Source: Candidatus Latescibacterota bacterium
GTDB taxonomy: Bacteria; Latescibacterota; UBA2968; SICM01
Length of the DNA: 64,000 bases
Reading direction: 5' to 3'
Assembly (NCBI GenBank): GCA_965217865.1
Contig: CBDCJO010000002.1
Location: forward strand, 224,001-288,000
The notes beneath the pieces are model-generated. The model did not search any database. It was given only the letters and a program-made list of their open reading frames with translations, and had not been told where the DNA came from. Below, piece by piece: positions 55,687 through 64,000 of this stretch; position 1 is the stretch's first letter, and each line of letters starts with the position of its first letter. Position numbers and translations under genes: made by a program.

Positions 55687-58600
55687 ATGTCAAGCGACTA
55701 CGAAGCGATCACTCGCGACAATATCCGTCGGCGCGGCGAGGAGTTCGACGATATCGGCAATCTTCTCGCCGAAAAACTGTACGGAGACCGTGCTCACTTC
55801 ATCTATGAGCTGCTGCAGAACGCGGAGGATGCCCTTGCCTTACGTTACCAGAAGGACCCTAGCGTCTCAGGCGAGGTTACGTTCCGGTTATGCAGCGACC
55901 ACCTAGAAGTGAGCCATTACGGGAAGCTCTTCGATGAAGATGACGTGAAAGGTATCTGCGATGTTCTTCGCGGCACCAAGAATGAGCGTCTGGACCAAAT
56001 CGGCACGTTCGGTATTGGGTTCAAGTCCGTTTATGCCTTCACCCGTTCGCCTGAAGTTCATTCCGGCGACGAGCATTTCGTCATCAGGCACTTCATCCGC
56101 CCTCAGGCTGTGGAGCCACGTCCCCTCCAAGACCCTTTACAAACCTTATTTTATTTTCCCTTCGACCATCCTGACTTTGGAGCACCCGCTGTTTTTGACC
56201 TCATACAGAGCAGGCTGAAGTCCCTCGGCCCCAGGTCGCTTCTCTTCCTGCATCACGTCAAAGAGCTTCAATGGATAGTTGAAGGAGGTGACAGCGGTTT
56301 CTGCATGCGCGACCACCAGCCGAGTGAGAACGGCGGTGCCCTAGTTCAAATCATTGGAGAGGGCACTAACCAGGACGACTCTGAGGAGGAATGGCTGGTT
56401 GTACGTCGGGATGTCAATCACCCGTCTCGTCTTGAGAAGCTCCCCGTCAAGGTGGCATACAGTATAGAAGCGGATAAAGATGGTAGATTCATTGCCGCTC
56501 TTCACCGTTCGCCACTGACTGCGTTCTTCCCAACCGCGAAAGAGACGGGCCTCGGTTTTCTGATACACGGCCCCTTCGCCTCCACACCTGCCCGTGACAA
56601 CATCGCAACTGACTCGGATTGGAACAACTTGCTCTTGAATGAGCTTGCAACGTTGGTTTCTGACAGCCTAAGCGTGTGCAGACGGCACGGGTTTCTCACG
56701 CCGCAGTTTCTAACCGTGCTCCCGATCGACCAGGAGAGCTTCCCTGTAGGGTCGCCATTTCGCCCCATCTATGAGTCTGTTCTCAAAGCTTTCAAGACTC
56801 AATCCCTAATACCACGAGTCGGGGATGGCCACATAGAGGCGGACCGAGCGGTCTTAGGCCGCTCGCAGGAACTACGGGACCTGCTGTCTCCCGCGCTCCT
56901 GGCGGAGCTGCTCGGCACTTCCGCTCAGAATAGGCGCTGGGTTGATGCCGCCGTCACAGAGAACCGTTTTTCCAAAGTCTGGAAGTACTTGCGCGACGAA
57001 TGCGATGTTCCTGTCCTGGACGGTGATGCGTTCGCACGGCAGATCACAGGCCACTTTTTGGAAGCCCGCGATGATAAATGGATGGTGCGCTTTTATGCTT
57101 TTCTGAACGGGCAAGAGGCCCTCTGGAGAGATCAAGGAGTATCTCGCTACGCTCTCGAAGGCCCCCTGCGCAAGAAGGCGATTATTCGATGCCAGGACGG
57201 ACAACATCGTACGCCTTTTGATAGCGCGGGGAATCCCTTTGTCTTTCTCCCAGTAAAATCAAAGGCCGACTACCATGTCGTGCACAGATCCATCTATGCG
57301 AATGAAGAGGCAGCGGAGTTCATGCACCGGCTCGGGTTGGTCCCACCCGACATCTGCACCCGCGTTCTCAATGAAATTATCCCGCTGTACCAGGATGACT
57401 CGGAAATCGAGAACGAGGCCCACGAAGAGCATCTCTCAGTAATCGCCACGGCCATGGACCTGGAGGACTCCCCGCGCTATACCGCGATGTTGTCGGAGCT
57501 GAAAACGACTACTTGGGCTCTGGCCACCAACGCAGGAACTGGCGACCAATACTACGAAGCACCCACAAAACTGTTCTTCCCGTCGTCTGAGCTACAAACC
57601 TTCTTTAAACTTAACGAGGACGTGTCGTTCCTGGCCGAAGAGGAAAAGCAAATCGACTGGCAGAAACTCGGCGTACGCAGAGATCCAGTCATTCACTGTC
57701 GGGGGCTCCGTACGAAGCGTAATTCCTTCGTGTCCCTATATTCCTCTTACGGCTGGCACCAGCGCGGTTACGACGGCTTCGACCCGGAAACAGCTGTTGG
57801 CGGTCTCGACTATGCTCTCACCAACATCACGCACCCCAGGGCAGCATACATTTGGAATGATCTGTTACCTCCCATCATGCGATTCCTCCATGGCCGCTAC
57901 CAGCGGGCAACACACCAGAACTACGACAATGCAACCACCCATGAAAAAGATTCCGTCGTCTGCAAGATGCTGAAGAGCCATGCCTGGATTCCGGTACGAA
58001 GTGGCGAGTTCAAGAAACCTGCCGAGTGCACACTTGCCGACTTGGCCGGCGAATTGAAACGGAATGAAGATCTGGCAGAGGTTCTTGGCGTCCATCCCGA
58101 TCCTGCGAAGGTGGCCGGGGAGAGGCCCGAAAGTGAACAGAACCTTGTTGCCAAGGCAGGATTCTCCCCTGAGGTTGCCACCCTCCTCGTCAACAACAAA
58201 GCGGTTCTAACGCCGGAACTTATCAACGAGATGCTGGCCAGCTTGGCAAGTCCGCCCCCGTTTCCCGAGCGGCCCGTTACCGACAAAGAGCGCCGAGTTG
58301 ATCGGGTCTGTGAACGCGTGAAGAAGGCGGCCCCCCCCAAGGCTTGCGACAAACGAAAGCGCTCCATTCGTACTCCCAAACTCGAAATCCCGGCAGACGT
58401 TTGGCTTCGCGAGATGTACACGAACCAAGAGGGTACGACTATTTGCCAAATGTGCCGCAAGGCAATGCCCTTCAAACTTCCCTGGACGGGAGAGTATTAC
58501 TTTGAAGCCGTTCAGATAGCGGACAATTTTCCTATCGAGGACCATTGTCTGTACTTGGCTTTGTGCCCGCTGTGTGCAGCCAGGTACAAGGTATTGGTGA

Positions 58601-58764
58601 AGCGAGGCGAGCATTATCTCAAGGAGTTCATTTGGGCGATAAAGGTGGCGAGGGAGCGGGTTGTTTCAGTAGGGAAGGACGGCAGTTCGTGTACGGTACG
58701 TTTCGTTGAATCCCATCTTCTTGACGCGAAGACGGCCTGTCAGAATGCCTATCCTGATGACTAG
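55687..58764 (+). CDS. Sacsin/NOV-like GHKL ATPase with C-terminal HNH-like Zn domain
   Basis: HFIYELLQNAEDA, IGTFGIGFKSV and CQMC...LCPLC motifs. Confidence 0.85.
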   Translation: MSSDYEAITRDNIRRRGEEFDDIGNLLAEKLYGDRAHFIYELLQNAEDALALRYQKDPSVSGEVTFRLCSDHLEVSHYGKLFDEDDVKGICDVLRGTKNERLDQIGTFGIGFKSVYAFTRSPEVHSGDEHFVIRHFIRPQAVEPRPLQDPLQTLFYFPFDHPDFGAPAVFDLIQSRLKSLGPRSLLFLHHVKELQWIVEGGDSGFCMRDHQPSENGGALVQIIGEGTNQDDSEEEWLVVRRDVNHPSRLEKLPVKVAYSIEADKDGRFIAALHRSPLTAFFPTAKETGLGFLIHGPFASTPARDNIATDSDWNNLLLNELATLVSDSLSVCRRHGFLTPQFLTVLPIDQESFPVGSPFRPIYESVLKAFKTQSLIPRVGDGHIEADRAVLGRSQELRDLLSPALLAELLGTSAQNRRWVDAAVTENRFSKVWKYLRDECDVPVLDGDAFARQITGHFLEARDDKWMVRFYAFLNGQEALWRDQGVSRYALEGPLRKKAIIRCQDGQHRTPFDSAGNPFVFLPVKSKADYHVVHRSIYANEEAAEFMHRLGLVPPDICTRVLNEIIPLYQDDSEIENEAHEEHLSVIATAMDLEDSPRYTAMLSELKTTTWALATNAGTGDQYYEAPTKLFFPSSELQTFFKLNEDVSFLAEEEKQIDWQKLGVRRDPVIHCRGLRTKRNSFVSLYSSYGWHQRGYDGFDPETAVGGLDYALTNITHPRAAYIWNDLLPPIMRFLHGRYQRATHQNYDNATTHEKDSVVCKMLKSHAWIPVRSGEFKKPAECTLADLAGELKRNEDLAEVLGVHPDPAKVAGERPESEQNLVAKAGFSPEVATLLVNNKAVLTPELINEMLASLASPPPFPERPVTDKERRVDRVCERVKKAAPPKACDKRKRSIRTPKLEIPADVWLREMYTNQEGTTICQMCRKAMPFKLPWTGEYYFEAVQIADNFPIEDHCLYLALCPLCAARYKVLVKRGEHYLKEFIWAIKVARERVVSVGKDGSSCTVRFVESHLLDAKTACQNAYPDD

Positions 58765-59169
58765 AGCGCGCTACTCTGCGTTCATGACGCAACACAGAAC
58801 GTCGATCGGAAGATGAAATATTCTCAGGACAAGTGGCGAATCCCGGTGCCCCTGATCGTGCGACGACACCTTGGATACGGACCTTGCGCAAAGTGGAGGC
58901 TCTGCGCCGGCTACGATTCCGGGCTCCGGACGCACAGCCCGCTTCCGTTGTCCGGTGGGCTGCCGTAAGCTGGTGACCGGACCCACCGGGTCCGGCTTCC
59001 AGTGAATACGTACCGGAGGACCTTCCCAAACGTCGAACCAGGCTGTTAAATAAGGCCGACGGGAAAAACAGAGAATCAGAGAATCCGGAGGAGATATCTC
59101 TGCTCAGCGGACGCAACCCTAAGCATGGGTTCTGGAACGCGCCTGCGGCTACTCCCGTGACCAGATCGC

Positions 59170-59475
59170 GACCATATTGGAAGAACTGGCGGCGACCGAG
59201 GGTCTCGTAATCGAGGCAGCCGACGACGTGGCCCGTGCGGCCTTCCGCTACCGCGCGGGCGGCGCAGGGTTTTCCGGCCTGATGATCCTGGCCGCTGCCG
59301 AAAGATCGGGAGCCCACCCTCTGTACACCTTCAATCAGAAGGCGGCACGCCACCGTCTTCGGGGATCGACTGGAACAAGGAATACATGACGCCCGTCGTT
59401 CGCCCCACCAAGATCGCCAACGTTCGGGGATCTCGCCGGAGATGGCAATCCGCCTGGACAAGGCGTTCGGTCAGA
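59170..59475 (+). pseudogene. Joined PIN-toxin and HigA fragments
   Basis: GFSGLMILAAAERSGAHPLYTF; ISPEMAIRLDKAFG. Confidence 0.55.
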
Positions 59476-59483
59476 TACGTGCA

Positions 59484-60848
59484 ATGGCGGAGAGAAGCGA
59501 GCCTACGCCATTGTTTACTCGCTTGGTGAAGGAAACGAAAGCAAAATATGCCAAGTGCCCCGATCGCGAGGAAGATGACAACTGGCGACGCTCTGTTGAG
59601 CATGTCTTGCGACGGGCGAGGATCTATGCTGACGCATTAGACGGCAATCGTTCCGCTGAGGAGCTTTTTCGAAGTTTTGTTGCCGCCTTTACGGGGAGCG
59701 ATATCAGCACTGACATCCTGGCTCCACTTGAGGGTGTCGAGTTCTCGCCTGATGCTCCCCTTGACTTCGACTCCTTCCGTGTAACGAAGTTCTCCGAGCA
59801 GGAACTGAGCACAATCATAGAGAACGACACTCGCGAGATCTTCTATCCAGATTCGACACTAGATATGCACCTGCTCAGCCAATACTGGTGGCTTGTCGCC
59901 AGTGAGAAAAACCAGCCTTGCTACGCAGGGCAACTTTTTAAACTACTTGAAGTTGAGTCCGGACAGTCTGTTGAGCGCAGCTATGGACATTTCCCTTCAG
60001 CTATCGCACGTGTCCTGCAGGCGCTTGTCCTGTATGACTGGGACGGAATCTCGCGCGCGGACCCGAGGGATGTCGGCCGTTACCTTCTGGATGGACAGGA
60101 TAGCTATCGCTGGTTAGGGTTCACCCTACCCTTTGTCCTGCGATCCGGCGGGAGCCTGTTCCGCCCTCCCGATCAAGTGCCGGACATCTCCTCCCTTGAA
60201 CTTGTGCCTGACTTCGACCACGATGGTGTTGAGCGTGGCGAATGTCCGCCGATGCCCATCCATTATCTTAACGCTACAGAAACATGCTCCTTCTCCCGCA
60301 CGGTGACTGAGTTCGAGATCCAACTCAACACGATCCGCTCTCGGACTGCCCGGTGGCAGTTCATTGACGTCGCAGTCAGTTACTTGGTCAAGGCGTTTTT
60401 TTCTGACGATCTGGATCAGCTTCTTTGGCACATAACGGCAATAGAGGCACTGCTGGGACAGCACACAGAGGCACTGACCGAGACGCTCGCTCGAAGATGC
60501 GGATTGATCCTGGGCTCCTCCAAGGAGGACCGTAAGAAAATACACAGGTTGTTCAAGAATCTATACGCGCTCCGGTCGGACGTTGTACACGGAAACACGA
60601 AACAAAAAAAAGCCCATGAAAGGAATCTTGCCATTGCCAGATACATTGCTCGCGATGTCGCCGTGTGGTTCTTGCAGTACTTGTGCTTCCTGGCTGAGGA
60701 CTTTCCGGCTAAAGATGAGCGCCACCCGAAGCGTGCTGAGCTTCTCTCTGCACTTGAGATGAAGCAAGAAGAGCGCGAACGTCTTTCATACCTGATAGGC
60801 CGTGTACCATGTAGCTTTCCGGGCAAGCAGTGCTGGGACAAGAGATAA
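59484..60848 (+). CDS. Apea-like HEPN domain protein
   Basis: TAIEALL and LYALRSDVVHG (Rx4H); start uncertain. Confidence 0.75.
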   Translation: MAERSEPTPLFTRLVKETKAKYAKCPDREEDDNWRRSVEHVLRRARIYADALDGNRSAEELFRSFVAAFTGSDISTDILAPLEGVEFSPDAPLDFDSFRVTKFSEQELSTIIENDTREIFYPDSTLDMHLLSQYWWLVASEKNQPCYAGQLFKLLEVESGQSVERSYGHFPSAIARVLQALVLYDWDGISRADPRDVGRYLLDGQDSYRWLGFTLPFVLRSGGSLFRPPDQVPDISSLELVPDFDHDGVERGECPPMPIHYLNATETCSFSRTVTEFEIQLNTIRSRTARWQFIDVAVSYLVKAFFSDDLDQLLWHITAIEALLGQHTEALTETLARRCGLILGSSKEDRKKIHRLFKNLYALRSDVVHGNTKQKKAHERNLAIARYIARDVAVWFLQYLCFLAEDFPAKDERHPKRAELLSALEMKQEERERLSYLIGRVPCSFPGKQCWDKR

Positions 60849-60954
60849 AATGTCCTTTGCTATGTGCAAGGAGAAGAATCGAAATGGATGCGAGCTTATG
60901 GATACTTGCTGTGATTATGGCGTTTCCGTTTGCGTATACGATGCAGTTTACGGC

Positions 60955-61060
60955 TATCTTTTGTCTGAGATCGCCCGAAAAAACGGGGGCAAGGTCGAAG
61001 CAAGATCCTGGTTGCCTGTAGGGTTGAGAAGGGATACATATTTTGGGATATCCCTGACCT
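60955..61060 (+). repeat. Isolated left end of the IS3 at 7133-8699
   Basis: Reverse complement of 8592-8697. Confidence 0.85.
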
Positions 61061-61610
61061 GGAGTTACCCCGGTTTAGCGGACGGTTTATCAGTTGCGAT
61101 TCAGTCGGCTGCAAGGGCGACATCGCTGGAGGTCTTCTCGAAGTTCATTGGAGAGAGATATCCGAGTGCTGAGTGTCGCCGATGGAGGTTGTACCAGTCC
61201 TCGATGTATTGAAATACGGACATCCGGGCTTCGGCCTGTGTGTGGTAGTTTCGGCGATCCAGGCGTTCGCATTCAAGCGTGGCGAAGAAGCTCTCGCATA
61301 ACGATTTCTATATTGAGTAAGGAGAAAAAACAGCGTTGAGGGGCTGAATCTTCCCTTGCAAGGCAAGGCGTCTTAAGATTCAGCAAGCGCAAGCAAACTG
61401 AAAAGCTAAAGAGCTTATCCTTTGATATCCCAAAATATCAAACGCCCTCATTTGAGGGAGAAAAGGACACGCTCTATGGAAGAATATACCTCATTAGAAG
61501 AGGCCCTGCCGCTTCGGGCATAGTCTTTGATCGCCTGTTGTGAACCCCGTTGTCAATCGCTTGTGTCCAATTTTCGTTGTTCACTGTCAAAATTACGATG
61601 AAGTGAGGCG

Positions 61611-61737
61611 ATGATCGGGAATTATATGACAATTGCCGCTCGCAATTTGATAAGAGACAAAACTTACTCTGTCGTTAATGTCGTAGGGCTCACGACTGGC
61701 ATGACGTGCTGTATTCTTATTCTGCTCTACTCTCCAT
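61611..61737 (+). pseudogene. MacB/FtsX-type ABC permease N-terminal fragment
   Basis: MIGNYMTIAARNLIRDKTYSVVNVVGLTTGMTCCILILLY. Confidence 0.65.
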
Positions 61738-62369
61738 GATTCGGTGAAGACCCCTCTGACAACCTCGAACATCACTCCGGCGGCGTTGTTCCGTAGCATC
61801 GGGAAGGCGCTTTCGGCGAGCAATCCCGGCCATTCGTCGGCTGGATGATGCTTCTGGAAGATGCCAAGAAATCGCGGTTGCCGGTCCGCGACGTGTCGCC
61901 TCACTTCCGGGTTTTCCCGGAGTTTGAACGGGCATCGTCCGCGGACGCTACAACATTCTGTGCCGCAAGCTCGTGCAAGAACAGCTCTATACCGCAGCGT
62001 CGGTTATTGTTTCTCCGCGCTCTGCGGCCAATACAAGCGAATATTCAGAGCTGAGCGAGATGACGGGTTTGCGGGCCTTCGTAAGCGAACTGGCAGGCCA
62101 TGTAGCAGCGGAGGCCGCACGACGATAAGCGGCCATGGCCACGCTCCCAAGTTTTTCCATTGAACTTTATTCCATTGATTCTCATGCCTGATTCCATCTA
62201 CTTTCTAACCGCAACCGCGGCCACCCTCGGATTCTTTCACAGCCTCCTGCCCCCCGATCGAAGCGGCAGTCTCAGAGCGTCAGATACGCTTGGCGCATCA
62301 GGTAGGGATGGCTTGATGAGAGATTCGAGCGAGGGCGGGATTCTTTACGCACCCGGTTGCGGCAGGTGC

Positions 62370-62561
62370 CGCCCGAGGGAAGCACGGCAGATCGTAGAAG
62401 AGATCGGTAAAGAGCTGGAACCTAAGCACCCATTAGGTTGGCAGAACGGTCAACTTTTAGTTACCTTTGAGCATGGTTGCCCGAACAACATTCTTCCGAT
62501 CTTCTATAAAAGGGGTGGTACCTATCGTAGGAAGGAATGGAGACCGCTGTTTCCGCGTTAG
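62370..62561 (+). pseudogene. C-terminal fragment of a PRTase-like defence-associated protein
   Basis: PLGWQNGQLLVTFEHGCPNNILPIF...WRPLFPR. Confidence 0.5.
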
Positions 62562-62776
62562 TGTACGTCTTCAGCATGAATGAGACATTTGGGGTGTCCA
62601 GCTCGCCTTGCGATCGACAATCAGATTCACGAAGGAACATTTTTCGAGTTATTCCTGCGTGAACTGCTTACTCGTTTTAGGATGCAGAGATTTTGGAGAG
62701 CTACATTCCAGAACTTCGTTGGTAGCAATAGTGGGGTATCCACCTTTGGAAACGAGTCAATACCAACAACCCTTGT

Positions 62777-63889
62777 ATGTCAAAGAGGAATCCCATGACC
62801 ATGCTCGACGGAATCATCATTGAAGGCTTCAAGAGCATAGCGTGCGCCTCGGTAAATTTGCGTCCGCTCAATGTGCTGATAGGAGCCAACGGATCAGGCA
62901 AATCGAATTTCATTGGCGCGTTCTCGTTCCTGCACACCCTCAGTCAGGGACAGTTGCAGAGCTATGTTGGACAAGCGGGCGGGGCTGATAGAATTCTGCA
63001 CTTCGGGTCGAAAGTGACCTTGAAATTGGAAATACAAGTCTCCTTGGACCGGAACCGCGCCGGCTATTCAGTTGCACTGAGTCGAGACAAATCCGACGGC
63101 CTTTACCTTACCATGTGTGGATATCATCCACCAAGCGACGATGGAGACGAACAGGTCCATCTATCAGAAAGGGAAGGCTACCTTCTGCCACCGGAGCACA
63201 TTCGCGAGCATATTGGAAATTGGCAGCTATACCACTTTCACGACACCAGTTCGACATCGCCGATGAAGAAGACGGCTGACGTGAATGACAATCGCTATCT
63301 GCGGCCCGACGGTTCGAATCTCGCGGCGTTCCTGTACTACCTGCGGGAAAAGCATGATCGTTCTTATCGCCTGATACGACGCACTGTGCAGCTCGTGGCG
63401 CCGTTTTTCGAGGATTTCCTGCTTGAGCCACAAGCGTTGAACGAAGACAAGATCCGCCTTGAGTGGCGGCACCGGGGAACGGACGCTTATTTCGACGCAT
63501 CATCCTTTTCGGACGGCTCCCTGCGGTTCGTTGCCCTCACGACGTTGCTGCTTCAACCGGTGTCGCTCCGGCCTTCACTCATCCTTTTGGATGAACCGGA
63601 GCTCGGACTGCACCCTTACGGGATTGCGATGTTGGCTTCCCTTCTCAAACAAGCATCGGCCGAGACGCAGATTGCGCTTGCAACCCAGTCGCCGTTGCTG
63701 TTGGATCATTTCCAACCGGGTGATGTGCTCGTGGCTGACCGTGTGTGTGGAGCGACCGAGGTCCGCAGACTGGACGAACAAGATCTGAAGAATTGGTTGA
63801 AAGATTACAGCCTTGGTCAACTCTGGGAAAAGAATGAACTCAATGGCCGCCCGGCGGTAGAAAAGGGAAGCGATTGGGATGGCTCGTAA
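62777..63889 (+). CDS. AAA_21/ABC ATPase
   Basis: GANGSGKS, YHFHDT, SDGSLRF, LDEPELGLHP and ATQS motifs. Confidence 0.9.
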   Translation: MSKRNPMTMLDGIIIEGFKSIACASVNLRPLNVLIGANGSGKSNFIGAFSFLHTLSQGQLQSYVGQAGGADRILHFGSKVTLKLEIQVSLDRNRAGYSVALSRDKSDGLYLTMCGYHPPSDDGDEQVHLSEREGYLLPPEHIREHIGNWQLYHFHDTSSTSPMKKTADVNDNRYLRPDGSNLAAFLYYLREKHDRSYRLIRRTVQLVAPFFEDFLLEPQALNEDKIRLEWRHRGTDAYFDASSFSDGSLRFVALTTLLLQPVSLRPSLILLDEPELGLHPYGIAMLASLLKQASAETQIALATQSPLLLDHFQPGDVLVADRVCGATEVRRLDEQDLKNWLKDYSLGQLWEKNELNGRPAVEKGSDWDGS

Positions 63890-64000
63890 TGACCCGTCTG
63901 CTCGTTCACGTTGAGGGGGAAACCGAAGAGGTTTTCGTAAACAAGGTGCTTGCATCCCATCTCTATTGTTGTGGTTATTCTCGTGTGAGTGCACGACTTG
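63889..64000 (+). CDS. DUF4276-family (TOPRIM-like) protein, runs off the window
   Basis: TAATG coupling; MTRLLVHVEGETEEVFV. Confidence 0.75.
   Translation, partial: MTRLLVHVEGETEEVFVNKVLASHLYCCGYSRVSARL

Noticed and set aside
1-64000. CRISPR array
   Set aside because: No regularly spaced 25-40-bp repeats seen, including near the cas fragments
1-64000. Integron integrase or attI
   Set aside because: No tyrosine-recombinase ORF in the track

Overview
A decayed defence island and mobile-element hotspot with no rRNA, tRNA or CRISPR array. Intact or near-intact modules: a type I RM remnant (TIGR02391-hsdS-hsdR), a HigBA TA pair, an SNF2/DUF3883-DUF1156 MTase-(HerA pseudogene)-Swt1/DUF499 restriction-like operon, an Swt1-HEPN-SNF2 plus sacsin/GHKL-HNH operon (MITE-disrupted), an Apea-like HEPN gene, an AAA_21/DUF4276 pair and an orphan AT-rich purF-like gene. 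Integron cassettes with attC sites occur without an integrase. Two identical IS110/IS1111 elements each sit in an attC at the same CA core. Their ~500-nt downstream non-coding region appears to encode a bridge/seek RNA with two tandem attC-targeting loops plus one donor loop, which is the top finding. Also present are IS3 and IS1182 elements, a 92-bp CTAG MITE (3 copies), a 345-bp IS1595-like cassette (2 copies) and many 0.1-0.7 kb fragments of unrelated genes (accD, pheS, cas1, cas3, TonB receptor, M14 peptidase) joined end to end. All calls are from reading motifs by eye; no searches were run.
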